From assembly GCA_000165425.1 (NCBI GenBank), contig CT868274.1, positions 434,001 through 498,000 of the forward strand: a DNA stretch of 64,000 bases. Reading direction: 5' to 3'. This document shows positions 25,486 to 39,855 of this stretch, piece by piece. The stretch comes from Paramecium tetraurelia (lineage: Eukaryota). Below the pieces are notes generated by a model. The model was not told the DNA's origin. It saw only the letters and a program-made list of their open reading frames with translations, and ran no database searches. The translations under genes were made by a program, and so were the position numbers. The stretch's first letter is position 1. Each line of letters starts with the position of its first letter.

Positions 25486-26866
25486 TCAATCACCACTGTA
25501 CTTTTCCAACACTTCAATTGCATTTGTATCACCCTAACTAAGGAAAGCATGCATAGCATTGGCAAATCTTTATTTTTGTTAGAACAGTTATAATTCTAAG
25601 TAATGATTTAGATATATACCTAAGGAATCATATTTTTTTGACAAAATCCCTAATTATTGCTCATATTCATTCTTCTCTCTTTGGAGTTGATCACATTCAG
25701 TTTAAAAGGAAAATAGTTTTTATTACACATCCAAAAGATCATCATTGGATTTTTCTACTAATTTTTGATATTCTGCAACGCGCTAATCATCCTCGTCATC
25801 ATTCTCGAGTTCAGAGATTCTCTCTCTGCAATCAATTAGTTATTAGTTTTAAATGGTTAATTTATTTTTAAGATCCTGATTCTCCTTCCTAATTCTAGCT
25901 ACCTATTATTCAAGTTCATATAATTATTCCTTCAAATCAGTGTTGGCTTAATTGAGCAACTCAAATTTTTGGTCAGTGCTTTCTTGTTTCAATCCTTGAG
26001 AGTATTGTTTTTTGAGTTGTTCAATTTGTTACTCTAGATTTGAACATTTATCACAAGGGAGTGGCTTAGTTTTTTTTTATTTTTTAAATGATTCTACCAT
26101 ATCAATTTGATAATAGATACCTAATTCTAATTGAAATTGTATGCATTTCTGACAGTCTTCTGGTTGTACTGTTGAAGTGTCTGAAATGGGTTTAGATGAA
26201 TTTGAATTGAGTTAGGTTACTTAGGTTTATTTGATTTGATTTAATAGCTATTGTATGTAGATCTATTATTCTTTATTTTAAACTCTTAAATGATCAACCT
26301 CCTCTTATAATCTAGTATTGTCATCTTTCATCTGTTTATTTTGCTGGTCTAATTAAGTGATTTGAGCTTTGGATTGATCTTCCCTAACTGTTTTTAATGA
26401 TTTGAATACTATTATTAATGTTGGCTTCTGGAGTTTTAGATCTTTGCTCTTGACTCAAGAAATTGATTGTATATGAGAGTGTAGCATTGGGATCAGGACA
26501 TTTGGAGAGCGGAGAGAGTTCGTCAATCTTGCCCTTTCTTTGATTCAAGTAGGAGGAGAAATCAATTTCAATTTGGCCTGCATTCTTCATTCCTTTATCG
26601 TACCTGATGAGGACGATTAATGTGCCCATTTTCTTTTGGTACTCTTTTTGTTTCACATCGTAATACATGGTAGCAGGGACTCTAAGTATTTGTTCGATTC
26701 GGGCACACTTGTTCACCAATTGGACTGGTTGAGTTTGTGCTTTTCTGTCTCCTCTTTGGAAGACGATCATGACTTCACAATTGGGAACAGAGATATTGAT
26801 GTTGAGATGATGGACATTGACTTCGATCAAGGCTTTGTTCTCTGAAGTGCCAGCATGTTTAAACAT
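25486..26866 (-). CDS. NT-type C2 domain (EEIG1/EHBP1-like) plus coiled-coil protein
   Basis: IEVNVHHL..IVFQRGDRKAQT..ATMYYD..YQKK..AGQIEIDFSSYLN..LSKCPDPNATL, then a long coiled coil ending LEKYSGD*. Confidence 0.8.
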
Positions 26867-26901
26867 ATATTTTAATATATAATAGATGAATGAACGTATT
26901 T

Positions 26902-29900
26902 TCAAATGGTAATTAATAACCCGATTAATATGACATGAACCAAGATTCCACCAATTTCATTGTTTGTAGTGTCATTCTTTGTTTCATTGTTAGTTGGAAT
27001 CGTAGTATTAGTTTAAGGTTAATAAACACAAGATGTGCATGAATCATTTCTATTGGAGAAATACCCAAGAGATTTTGTGTAACAATCAGCACTACCGAAG
27101 ATGGTTGGACTGATGTCTTTGCATGAATGATCTGCATTGCTGTAAGCACAGAATGTAAGTTGAGTCTTTTAGTAATTGTAAAAGGAACCACAAGGATTCT
27201 GAAGTCCATAGGTTTAACAAGTGTGAGATTGACAAGCAGAGGAAGTTGTATTCCAATGGCAACTCTTGGAATCACAGAATTATTATTAGTTTGTGTCAGT
27301 ACAACTACTCATTACTGAACATTTGGAGTTCTTAAACAAGCACTATCCATCAGTACCTTTGGTGCAATCCTTTTCTGTGGTGTATTCTTGGCATTTACGA
27401 TAAGGTTGGCAAAGATTCTTGATGAATTGACAATGGCTTAGAGTCTTGCATTAAGTCTCCACGGTTACTTTAGAGCAATCATATACAGTACAAATTGAAT
27501 CCACTAAGACACACTAACCTTCTTGGCTGAATGCTGAAGAACAGGCAGAGTTTAAATAAGATGAGCAAGCATTTTCCATATTGATACACTTTACACCATC
27601 GGAAGTACAAGTCGACAACTATTGATAACACCTTGAATGATCAGTTCCATATAGATCTATACATGTAATATTGCTACATGATCTGTCCTTCCAGAGACAA
27701 GTATTTAATTTGGTTACCAAACCATTTGATTTGACTATTCCACTCTAGTCAAATTTACAATTCTCTTCGTAAGGATATTTTGAACATTCCATTAATTTAA
27801 TACACTGACTGACAGTGTCAGTTGTACAGCTTTGATTAATTGAATAGCATTCCTGATGAGTTTTGTAATGGTAACTATCACAAGATGAGAATTTAGAACA
27901 CTTATTGTTCTCCCAAGCACAGTCTCCCTCAATTCCCTTTATGCATTATACCTTTAGACTGTATTCATCACAAGAAGTAATGGGAACACATTTGGTTCCA
28001 TCTGTAGTGCATTGATTTTACAATGAATCAAAACATTCTTAATGAGATGTGTAGGAAATTGATTGGCACTTTTAATATGGCAAACATTAACCATTTAAAT
28101 ACAAACAGTTTCCTTCTGTTCCTATTGTGCAATTCTCTTTTGATAATTAAGCGCAATTTCTCATTTCAACACAAGTTGAACCATCAGTGGTACAATTTTA
28201 AAGTTTAGATTGACAGTTCAAGAGATTTCCACTTTTGTAATCTTTGCAGACTTTAGATCTACAATTCTGATTCTCCCAAATGCATTCAAAGAGCTAACTA
28301 TCATCACACTAATTTTGAGTTGTGTAATCAAGGCAACTGCGTGCTATGGTACATCCTCCTCCTAATTTAGTTATGCAATTCTACTTTGGAAAATAAGTTT
28401 CACAATCTTGAGTATATATCAATTCAAGTGGAGCTTCTGAGCATTACAAGAATTTGCATTATTTCTATGCGGAATTCCAACCACAATATTTGTTATTGAT
28501 ATCAATATTGCACGCCTATTGGTACTAATTTTAATCACAAGTTCCTCTTTATATACAAAATCTACCATTGGAAGTGCACTTAGAATCCTTCATCTTACAA
28601 TCTTAGTCATTATCATAGGGATAATCTTCACAAACACTGTTTCTGCAAGTGTAGTTTGGTTCAATACAAGTGGAAAGATAATCTGAGCACTTTTAGTTTT
28701 CGGGTATTTCATCCTTGCAAGTTTTGAAGTTGCATTCTTAGTAAAGTTGATTCCAAATGCAATCCTCATTTTGTATTGTTTTCTTACACTGATCCTAAGT
28801 TTTGTATTTTTTACAATCTGTTGATTAATACATGCATCCATCATTTGTTCCATTTACTGTACATCTTAATTTGCTATATTGCTAACTACAATCAGTATGT
28901 GTATAACTGCTGAGTATTGTTGTTTCACAACTAGCCTAGATGCATGTATTGTCCAACCACATGCACTCATAACCATCCAGTTATTTGAAACACTATTTCT
29001 CAATCTTATATTTAGAACAAGAATCTCTTAAGTCTTCACAGCCATTCTCTGAATTATTGAGATTGCAAACTAAATCATTGAAAAATGCTTAGCACTGTGT
29101 TTTTGGTTATAATGCATTATATACAATCTCTGAACATTTTTTATCACTACAACCTTTATTTTAATACCAATAACAGATTTTCGATTTATCGTTAAGATTG
29201 CACTATCTTTGATTCAAATAATCAGAACAATTGGGTAATAAATTTGAGCAACCTCCAGGATAAGCCACGGTGCATTCTGATTTATAAGCATTGCATTATT
29301 GATGTGTCAAATTATCTGTGAGATCAGTACAATTCCTAACTACACACTGGCTTGTACCTAAATTGAATACGCATCTGTCATCATCTACGCATTCTAACTA
29401 TGATGCAGCATAATCAGAACAATTTGCTTTCTTTTTAATACACTTATTAGTATCACCAACATTACCATTAATCACACATTTTGAATCTACAGTTGAACAT
29501 TTTTGATTCACTGGAGTCAATGTTAAACAAATACTTTAACAAGCACTACCCCCAGTGTTCCATTTACAAAATGTCCCTGAAGTATCTTTATTCCCATCAC
29601 AATCATCTTATTTCGTGAAGGCACCGCACTCATTTTAAATAACTTTACAACCTTCTGTATTTGACCAGAAACAACTGCTTAATGCAATACAATTCGTTTT
29701 GCTGACATAATAGCCACATTAAGATGGAGTAGTTTCATTACTTTTACTCTTACAAGCACTAGCTGTGTCCTTTTTGCAAGATATAAGATAATTTTCGCAT
29801 ATTTCATCTGTATATTCAACTGTTGCTATTCCTGTATCAATGCATTTCTTATCCGTAATACAGAAGCTACTTTAATCAATTTAAACTGCTGGGTAAACAC

Positions 29901-31917
29901 AAGCATTACTTACTTACTTAAAGATATTTTAATTCCAGTTTATGCAAAATGAATAAACCCATTTGCATTTATTGTTATTCTTATCGTTGCCTTCATTGCA
30001 TTAGTATTCGTTGGTAATATTTTTACAATTATCTACTCTATCAACACAACCAATAGGGATCAAATTTGGACCTCTCATGCACTTTTTACCTTCAAGAAAG
30101 GCTTCACAATTAGATTATGTTATATCTCCTTTGTAATCTTGACATTATTTATCCCTACACACTCCATTAGAATAAATGCACTTGCTTCCATAACATTAAC
30201 TTTAATTTAACAAACCACACTCAGTTGGACTTACAATACATCCAGTAATTTACTCCAAGACAGTGCATTATGATTGATATAGATTACACTCCGAATGAGT
30301 ATTAAAATCTTCTGTCTTTGGAATAAGATTACATGTAATTTCTGCACATTTACCATTTTACCAAATGCAAGGTTAGTTTTGGGAGTTAATAGTACATGAC
30401 TTTTCTGAAGTGTATGATTTGCATAATGATTTAACTGATATGCATGTTGTCCCATCAGTTGTGCAGCTGCTTAGATAATTATTGCATTCATAATGTGTAG
30501 TATAGTGTAAGTACTCGCATTTACTGTCTAAACACTAATTCTTATACCAGGAGCATTTACTTTAAGTAGATTAGTAACATTGAATCTCTCTAATATATTG
30601 ATTGCATGAGTATTTGATCATCATACATCCCATTCCCTAATCATTCAAAGTACAAGTAGACAAATAATTCCAACATTCCAAATGACTAGTATATTTTATA
30701 TCTCTTCCAGCAGTCTCACAAGTTTTTGTATCACACTTACTTTACCAAGAGCATTGTCTATTTGCCTAACAAGTTTGTTGAGTCTATTATGCATAACATC
30801 CATCTTCAATGCATATTTTACCATTATACACACAATTAGACTAGAAATTCTTACAAAGTGTTGCAGTCTTAAAACTTGCAGGTGCCCATTGGCATTACTT
30901 TAATACGCATTAATACCCATTCCAATAACAATTTTCGCCTCTGATATTTTACTAACATCCCATTTTGTTATTAGCCTAGTCACATTCTCCATTCATCTTG
31001 CATCCCCCTCCAAATTAAGTAATACAGTTTGAATTTATCTCCTAACAAGATTAATTAGTTTGTCTAGTTAAACTAGCATTCTCACATGATTTAATTTAAC
31101 ATGATTTGTTTTCCCACATGCATTAAATGTTAGACTTATTATAAGTGCATGATTGCTCAATAGTATATTAATTACATTCCAATCTGTCAATGCATTTTGA
31201 ATCCTTGTCTAAAGAACATCCATTTTTAACACAATCTTTTGTTATATATTTACAACTGAAATCATAACAAGCTTAGCCATCCCAATAACACTTCACATCT
31301 CCCTTTCTATTAGTAATACACTACTATTAAAATTTTTGATCTTTGCATAATTCTCCTGAATCTTCACAACCGCCTCCTTTTTTGAATGTACACCAACTTA
31401 ACTATTTTCTACATTCTGCATCGTTTTTCAAACTAAATGATAACTCATTACAAGCTTATGCATTTCTGCATTCTTTTTTGTCCCAAAAACAATATTCTTA
31501 CCATTCATAATTAACATAATTGTTGCGACAGGAGAATCTAGTCTTATAATTTGCACAAACACTTTTCTCTACACATTTTGAACCATCGGTTATGCATATT
31601 TCTGAATATTATTAGCATGCATAATTTGTATTTTATTTGATTGCCGTGCATCCAGTGAATGGAACACAAATACCATTATAGTTAGCACAACCAATAGTTT
31701 TACTGCAATTATCCTTCTGATACGAACAATAACTCGTCCTTATCAACGGAAGAGTTTGATTTTGACACTCTCCTGCTACTTAATTCCATTCACAATTTAT
31801 ATTACACTCCTCAATTGTATATATCTTGCTACATTCGCATTTGTTCTTCTCATTAACTGTTTCACTAAGTATACCCTAAAAAGAAATCGTATACAATAAC
31901 AATAAAACGAATTTCAT
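26902..31917 (-). CDS. Cys-rich Paramecium surface antigen (PSA-repeat)-like protein, about 1671 aa
   Basis: Signal peptide MKFVLLLLYTISFQG, periodic C-x-W / CITDGSKC / GGGC repeats, hydrophobic C-terminus GGILVHVILIGLLITI* (GPI-signal-like). Length 5016 nt is divisible by 3. Confidence 0.9.
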
Positions 31918-32112
31918 TATTTAAAAATTAGAATACAAAAAACCTTAATCGGATGATACATTATTTAACTCCAATTATAAATCTTAACTCAAGAACATTA
32001 ATCTTCAGCTCTGATTTAAATTGATTTCAATACTTACTTAGTGTTTGTTGACTAAAATTAGTAAATTACTGACGATTTAGTCTACTTTTATTGTTATTAA
32101 CATTTAATAAAA

Positions 32113-33696
32113 ATGTAAAAATAAACAGAAGAACTAGAGTTTCTCCTCAAGAAGAGTCCTCAACACAGAAGCAAAGCTGAAATCGATTTATTGGTGCAAT
32201 TAACCTCTAAACTCCCATTTTTTAAATAATACATGAAGCAAGAAAATGGTTTATAAATACAAAGGAAATGTTGCAAAAGTATGTACTGCGAAAAATTCAA
32301 AGCAAATGAAATTGTATTCCACATCGGTACTCTTATTGCCTTTACATTTTCGTAGACAGTGTCGGTACCAAGTTTTACATCATTTTGGATGGATCTGTCA
32401 CTGTATTAGTCAGAAAAACAACTCAATCTGAAATGGAGGCTGTTAGAGTTCTTAATGGTGGAGAATCTTTCGGTGAACTAGCCCTGTTACACAAATAACC
32501 AAGACTTGCCACCATTTCATGTAATACAGATTGCATTTTCGCCGTCTTGGATAAACACTAATTTAAGCATATTTTATAAGAAGAATAATAAAAATAACTG
32601 GATTAAGTAAATTACTTTACTATTTTAAGAATATTGATTATTTTTCATAAATCAGAATATTTTCACATCTCCATAGAACCCAACTAAAACATATCTATTT
32701 GAATTCTTTTCTCTATGAATTTGAAAAGAATCAAGTTGTCATCAAAGAAGGACAAAAAGCGGATTATTTCATATTGATCAAATCTGGAAGTTTTCTTGTT
32801 AAAAAAATAATGAAACCCAATTAAATAAATATCAATGTAAGTCGACTTACTAAATAATTAAGCTCTTTGAAATTGGAGAACTGCAAGTGTTTGGTTTCTA
32901 TCATCTTAGCATTAACATACCATATGAATATTCTCTTGTTTGTAATACATCAAAGGGCTATGCATACAAAATTAATAGAACCTCCTTGGTCGAAAGAATG
33001 TTCGAATAATAAGGTGATGATCTTAAACAAAATAGAATTGAACTATTGTAATTGGCTGATTTACGGACAGAAACAGAAATCAAAACGGCGAACATTTATC
33101 CACAATATTTTAGGAAAAGAATCCGCACTGATGTTATCGAAGAACATTCACAGGTAACTTAACCCAATAAAAATGCTAAACTGAATCTATTTTAGTATTA
33201 AAATCAAAAGAAGTAGAGAATGAATCAATTTAAATTATAAATGGATCTTTAGTCGTTAAAATTGAGGAAAAAGCCAATTAAAGTACCTTAATAAGTTTCA
33301 CCACATACTCAATCAGATATATTTCTAAAGCCTCATCAATATTATAACTTTATACAATAAGAAACAGAGTCTTAGATGTAATAATAATAATAACAATAAT
33401 AACAATAATAATAATAACTAATTAACTACTCTAAAGTACCAAAAAAGTTATTGATAAAAACTCATTTGGCTGAAGAATTTACGGAAAAACTATCTTGCGA
33501 TAGTCCTTTAAGTACAACTTAAACATAAATGAAAAGTGTAAATGGATTAAAAAAAATGATATTACCCAATCAGCAAAATAGAATAAAATCTAGAACTTTT
33601 TAATGCTAGTTGAGTTCGTCTTCACTCTTCAAAACTATGAGTTGTGTGCTCTAACAACGATACTAGAGTATAACATCCAACAATCATTATCTCTGA
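32113..33696 (+). CDS. Cyclic-nucleotide-binding domain protein (two CNB domains)
   Basis: IVFHIDSVGTKFYIILDGSV, GESFGELALLHKQPRLATI, second domain VIKEGQKADYFILIKSG. Three micro-introns. Confidence 0.85.
33379..33417 (+). repeat. (TAA/CAA)13 trinucleotide tract encoding poly-Gln
   Basis: In-frame 11 TAA plus 2 CAA codons inside the CNB-protein tail. Confidence 0.85.
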
Positions 33697-34145
33697 TTTT
33701 TATGATTGCTTTATGTATTATTTTTAAACTAAATCTAACATTTAACAATTATTAAATACGTCAAATAACTATATTTTATTACAATCATAATTATTTAATC
33801 TAGGCTTCAATATTGGTTTAACGAATTGCATGGTTATTATCAAATGAATAAGTAAAAGAAAATATTTATAATATGCTTATGAAGGTTAGAGATAAAATGA
33901 AAATATGCCCTTTACTAAATTCATAAGAAAACTTGATTTTAGTTGTATTATATAAATTAATAGGCGACTCAAATTTAATAATTAGTAAATGCATATCAAA
34001 TCATTTAAAGAACCTGTAAGTAAATTAAAGTGATCTGAATATTAAATTGTTTATTAACTCTATATAATTTATTAATGATTAAATTGAATAGGATTTTAAT
34101 TATGCAGTTAAAACAACTTAAGTAATATTAATTTAATTAAAACAC

Positions 34146-34670
34146 TCATTTTAAACAATTGACACACCCTTCACACCTACACTAATGTGTACATTGTAAA
34201 TTATTTTGAAAGCATTCGCAATATTTTTTTTAACATCCTGACTTTTTGCAATTGCATCCTTTAAAGGCTTATTTGAATGCCCCTGGATCTCTTGCTTATA
34301 TTTAGAGTTTGGCATCTTTTCTTTACGAATTATTGAGAGAATTATTAAAACATCCAACACAATTGCAATTTTCAGAGCATACTTATCCGTTAGCAAAGCA
34401 ATCGCAATACTGTTTTAAACATTAAGATTTTTTGCAATTACAAGTTCTAAAATAGAAAATAAATCTACTTAGTGCTTGTAACAATTTTAGGGAGACTTGG
34501 AGGTGGAAGAATAATTTTTATTGGTCTGTAAATATTCTTAACTTCTAACTAGATTTGAGTATCTACAGTCTCTTCTTCCATTTCTATTTTGTTGGAGGGA
34601 CATAAGATCCTAAAATGAAGATGAAATGATACCTGAAGGACGAGTCTTTGCTAACTTAAAAGGATCTCAT
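34146..34670 (-). CDS. CRC (tesmin/TSO1/LIN54-like CXC) domain protein
   Basis: [40 protein letters not shown] linker, KGCNCKKSGCQKKYCECF. Two micro-introns. Confidence 0.92.
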
Positions 34671-34776
34671 TTAGATTTAAAATTTGAATTATTTATAATT
34701 CGTTAAAATTTATTCATATAAATCTGCATATAAATCTACTTATAAATATTGGGGATTGACCATTTTTAATAGAGAT

Positions 34777-34850
34777 GCCCTTGTAGCTCAGTTGGTTAGA
34801 GCGCGAGTCTCATAATCTCGAGGTCGTGGGATCGACCCCCACCAAAGGCA
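34777..34850 (+). tRNA. tRNA-Met (CAT), elongator-type acceptor and anticodon stems
   Basis: Acceptor GCCCTTG/CAAAGGC-A, D arm GCTC/GAGC, anticodon arm CGAGT-CTCATAA-TCTCG, T arm GTGGG-ATCGACC-CCCAC. Confidence 0.95.
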
Positions 34851-34852
34851 TA

Positions 34853-34860
34853 TTTTTTTT
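34853..34860 (+). terminator. RNA polymerase III oligo-T terminator
   Basis: T8 run 2 nt after the tRNA discriminator base. Confidence 0.8.
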
Positions 34861-34893
34861 ATTTTAAACAATATAAATTTTTTAAATATATAT

Positions 34894-36897
34894 TCATTCA
34901 ATACTAAATATATTGAAATGGGGCTATTCGTCTTTATTATTAATAACAGCAATCTGATTCTTGCTGACCTATATCATTTTTGGATTGGTGTTATAATTAT
35001 TAATAATAATTTTATGATCCCTATAGACCTCGATTTCTTAGTTGTTCACCCACAATCTAATGGTAGAATCACTAGCCCCTAATCCCAATAGATAATCAGA
35101 ACAAATGATATCACAAATACCAAATTGAGATGTATTTAACTTTAGTTTGATCTCTCCATTCATCCAATCCACCACTGAAACCTTATTTGAAGTTCCTCCA
35201 AAAATGATACTTCTTTCAGAATACTTTTTGACGCATAACACAGCTCCCTCAGTTTTAATATCTCTTAAGTAAGAAGCAGAAACTATCTCTTCTCCTTCAA
35301 AGTACAATTACCAAATAGCTAAAGTTCTATCCCATGAACCTGTTACAACAATATCTCTTTTGACAAGTTGTAAGCATGATACCATAGCTGTGTGTTTTTT
35401 CAATGCACAAAGGGATTTACCTGAAGTGACATTCCAAATAATAGCCAAATTGTCGTAGCTGCCACTCAAAATGCTATGATTATCAGATAATTCAATTAGA
35501 GAAGTAATTCCAGATTAATGTCCTGTTAATTTGTTTATCTACTTTCTAGTTGACAAAGACCAAATGATTATTGAAGAGTCAAGGTTTCCTCCTCCTGAAA
35601 TCAATAATTTTTCTTAGAACATACAGAGAGCTGTAACTTGATCAACATGGCCTTCTAAAGTGAAACTTTGTTAAGGAACTTCTAGATTATTGATTCTTAT
35701 TGTTTTATCTCTGCTACCTGAAGCGATATTCCTCTAATCCACTTACAGTAAACTCGTAACACCTCTCATTTAAGCTGTTTCGACAGATCTATAAAATTTA
35801 ATGCGTGAGGAGGTTGAAATTCTACTTTATTAACTGGATTAAAATTTTAAGGCCTACGAATTAGTATTTTCAATTCCAGCATTATAAACAGGAGAGTTAG
35901 GTTAAACAGTTTCGAATAGTTTTGGACTGTCGTATTATCTTTGGGTTTTTGTTAATTTTTGATCAGAATTTTAATTCCTGACATCACTTAGGACTAGAAT
36001 AGAATATTGAATTAATAATACTGTTCAAAGATTCATCAGGATTTTAATATTGAGTATTTCTTGAGAGTATTAAGTCTTTCAAGTTGATTTAAACTTTGAA
36101 TTCATCCATAAGCACTTCACATTATTGCCTGATTGAATTCATAATTTCAACAAAGTTTTATTCCTATTAAAATGTTGGATTTTCAGGATCAGCTTATGGT
36201 GTGTCTGCCCATTATTTTTCTAATTCTTCTACTATTTCATTTTAGATTTGGAACTCCTAAAAAGTATCTATAAATGCCAAGTTTTTGCCTAAGTCTTCAG
36301 GAGGTAGTAATTTAACCTTCAAGTCAGTCACATATGTGTTGCATTCCTTATTTTATTTGGACAACTCCTCCAATGTTTGGAGCATTTCTTCTTTAGTAGG
36401 AAGTGGAACTAAACCGTACCTATGTTGAATAGATTAAACCAGAAAGTTTAACGAATTTTAATATTGTAGAAATCTTTCGTTGTAGTGTTCATATAGTTCG
36501 GACTTCACTTTTTCTAATAGTTATGTTAAGAGATTGGTTGTGTCTGCTATAATGTAATCCACCCAGCATTTCCTGTTATTGATCTATGATTCATATCTAT
36601 CGATGAAATCTTGTTTAGTTTGTAATAACTTTAAATGTCCTTCAATTGCCAATTGCTAATCTTTCTTTCTCTTCTCCAACACATTTCTGAACTCCTCATC
36701 CAGTCTAGTAGTGAAATTGTCAAAATCAATCTAAGTTTGAAATTCAAAAATACCATAACATCGCGATGATTTCTAGCATGATCGGCTTCATCAATCATAC
36801 ATTCCCAACACAATGTAGGATCTCTTTTGCAAGATGAACTTGCACATATTCTTTCCACAAATGAATTTGGATGATACTTACAAGGGATTTTGAGCAT
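34894..36897 (-). CDS. WD40-repeat protein with N-terminal Cys/His zinc-finger-like motif
   Basis: MLKIPCKYHPNSFVERICASSSCKRDPTLCWEC, then IASGSRDKTIRI, GHVDQVTAL, LSGSYDNLAIIWNV, VTGSWDRTL. Confidence 0.88.
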
Positions 36898-36998
36898 ATA
36901 AAATATAACTATAAAATATTATTTGTAAATTCTCAACTAATTTAGCATATAAATAATGTTATTTTGCAAATAGCATAAAATATATGTGTGGTTTTAAT

Positions 36999-37587
36999 TC
37001 AATCTAATTTACATATACGCCAATCCTTCTCAGAACTATCTGATTCTCTTCTTTCTAGAACATTGTATTTTACAACATCCTTCTTAGTTTCTGGATCAAT
37101 AAAATTAAATTTAACAGTAATTTGATGCCATGTTTATGATGACTGCAATGCCATCTTCTTTTGTGAAAATAATCTCGCCTAAACCAACTAAGCATCAGTC
37201 ATCTCTTTATACAATTTAAAAGGCAATGGCTTATTATCCTTTAGACTTACTTTAACAATCTAACAATTAAATAATGCAATACATCGTATAAAGGAACAGA
37301 CAATAATCTAATCAAATCCACCTTGTCCTTTCTATTGTAGGTTTCTAAGAACTCGAAATATCTATCTTTTGCGAATAAAGGGAATTAACTTCGTTTAAAA
37401 TCTAAATAGCTTCGATACTTCACATACCGATGAAACAAGATTCAGTCTAATTCAATGCTAATCTAGTTTTCAAGGCGTTCTTTAAGTATGGCATTATACC
37501 GGATCCTTGAGATTCGAATAGATCAACAATCATGGGAGATGATATTTTAGATGAGATTCTCTCAGCCTCCTTTACTGCCTTCTTCAT
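36999..37587 (-). CDS. Tim44-like domain protein (possible mitoribosomal mL45/Mba1 family)
   Basis: MKKAVKEAERISSK...LVQARL..TWHQITVKF..KDVVKYNVLERRESDSSEKDWRICKLD*. Two micro-introns. Family assigned by motif resemblance. Confidence 0.6.
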
Positions 37588-37619
37588 ATTATTTTGGATA
37601 TTTATTAATATCACTAAAA

Positions 37620-39080
37620 TCAATTGGCTATCTTCTTTTTCTCTTCTTCCAGAATTTCCAGATTCCTCTTGACTTCATTAGGCAATTCTATGAGACTTGG
37701 ATAAAGTGTTGCAATTGTCTACCATTATGGCAATACAAATGTATCTAACAATTAAATATCCAAAAATACTTAAGAAAAATGTTTAGCCATTAAAGAACGT
37801 GAGTTTATCCTTATATTGTAGCATTGCCGTTACTTCCAAGCCTTTTGCTGCCTCTTTTATAGTCTACTTTAACATATTATATACTTAATCTTAAAACTCT
37901 TAGGCTAATAAAAAGGACCATTTCATATAAGCATCCCACTCTAAGCATGGATTTGAAATATCACAAGCGTGAACCAACACATTTAAAATGAACTAATATC
38001 ATCGAATGCAGTATATTACTTTCCTATCATCAAAGTTTTCCTTATTAAATCCTCTGTATCTAATCAGTGGATCAGTGATGTCTTGACTTTCTCTCAATTC
38101 AATAGTTGCATTGACTCTATCTTTGAAACAACTGAAGATATTGAAATGTTATCCCATATCTGTGGCTAAAATAGAGCTCACCAAAATTCTCTTAAATTCT
38201 TGCTATTATGCGTTTGGCAAATAATTTAAAAAATTCAGCTATTGATTCTGCGCCAAAATATTGAATAGTGTGGAAACGTGCATGCTCTCGAGGACTGCCT
38301 GTTCACAAATATTTTTATTTAACTTTTTGGATTTCTTAACTTTGTACAAATTATTCACACCCTCTTTAATATTATTTATTCATTTTTTACTGTGATTTAT
38401 ATCGTGACTTAAGCTTGCCAACAAGGCTGCAAAGATGTCTTACTTAGATACAAATAGTTTAAGATCAGATTTCTCATACACACAAAATAATAACTTGGTT
38501 AAAACTCAATTGTTACTTAGAATAATGCAAATGCATGCGTAAAGTTATGATAAGAAACGATGTTGTAATTTAGATTGATGTGTGTCAATAGATTCTCTAA
38601 ATTATTGTAATTTGCGAATTGTTCAACCTTACAATAAAATTAACTTAATTACTTCCAAATGCTAGAATATCATCATCGAAGCCTTTAACATCTCTCTACT
38701 CGTATAATGGTGATGATTAAAATTAACATTGATTAAATCCTCGTATTCTTCATAAACTATATGTGATTACTTAGAGTTGCTATCTTTTTACTGAAATCCA
38801 ATTTCACATCATAAACCAGTGGAACAAATGTTATATTCAAGGATTTCCATTTTTTTACAAACGCATGATAGTCAGTTTAATTAAGTTTCAACTCATTTTC
38901 CAGTCTCCTTCGAAATCTCTTCAAGGCTCTATAAACTTGATTCAATTATTCCTAATTCTCCGATTTGAGAAAAGGCACACAACTCTCAAAAAGTTTGAAT
39001 GTGTTTTGAAACTCTTTGTTTGGGATTTGATAGCTGGTTTTTATTTGATTAATGTGTTGTTGAATCTATTACAAACTCAT
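37620..39080 (-). CDS. Class I 3',5'-cyclic nucleotide phosphodiesterase
   Basis: YHNFTHA, SHDINH, VLESMH, ILATDM, VHACDISNP, QEFQDQ motifs. Several micro-introns. Confidence 0.92.
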
Positions 39081-39177
39081 TTTAAATTATTTAATATTAA
39101 GCAAATACAAATATAATATATTGTTAATCAAAAACATTCATAAACTTTAATCTAATAATTAAATTTTAATTTCATTT

Positions 39178-39855
39178 ATGAACAGAATACCTTATTGCCT
39201 CTCCAATTTTTCAAGTTCTAAGTCAACTCCCATATAATGGATAAAGAATAAGTTGAATCTCAAAAATACCAGAGGACAATTAATATTCAATGACATTGAA
39301 GCATACATCTTCGGAAATCAATTTAACTCAAGTAACAACCATACAATTTGTAGAAATTCAATGCGATCAAATTCTAATTAGATACAATTTTCTCATAGTT
39401 CATATCTGGCTTGTTCAATAGGCACTACAATAGCATTACCTAAAAAATTACTTGATTAAACAATAACTTGAAAGCATCCTATATAAATCAGCCTCCAATT
39501 ATATCTATTAGTTTGATGTAATTCTTCAGTATCACATTTAGGATAATTACAATTAAGAAATGAAACAAGAACTTGAAAGGAATTAAGAAGTCTTATAATT
39601 TGTCTTGGATGATTATTATAACTATTAATTTAAGAAGAAGAGTTTAGAATAGATTGTATTTGAGTAACTACATCATTTCATTTAGAGATATTTTGCTTCG
39701 CCAACAATGTGAAAAACAAAAAGTAGACAAAATATGTACTTACATAACCAACAATGTACTTTTATTCTCCATATAATTTTAAGTACAATCATATGTTAAA
39801 ATACGATCAAGGAGTCTTAAGGGGAGAAAATGAAAAGATCCTTTGGGTTGAATGA
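39178..39855 (+). CDS. Hypothetical mitochondrial protein, possibly Cbp3/UQCC1-like
   Basis: Four canonical micro-introns give MNRIPYCLSNFSSSK...FLIVHIWLVQQAL...KICTYITNNYNHML...KILWVE*. The family call is tentative. Confidence 0.55.

Noticed and set aside
31945..32020. Box C/D-like ATGATA...CTGA between divergent genes
   Set aside because: Box C is non-canonical and I recognise no rRNA antisense element.
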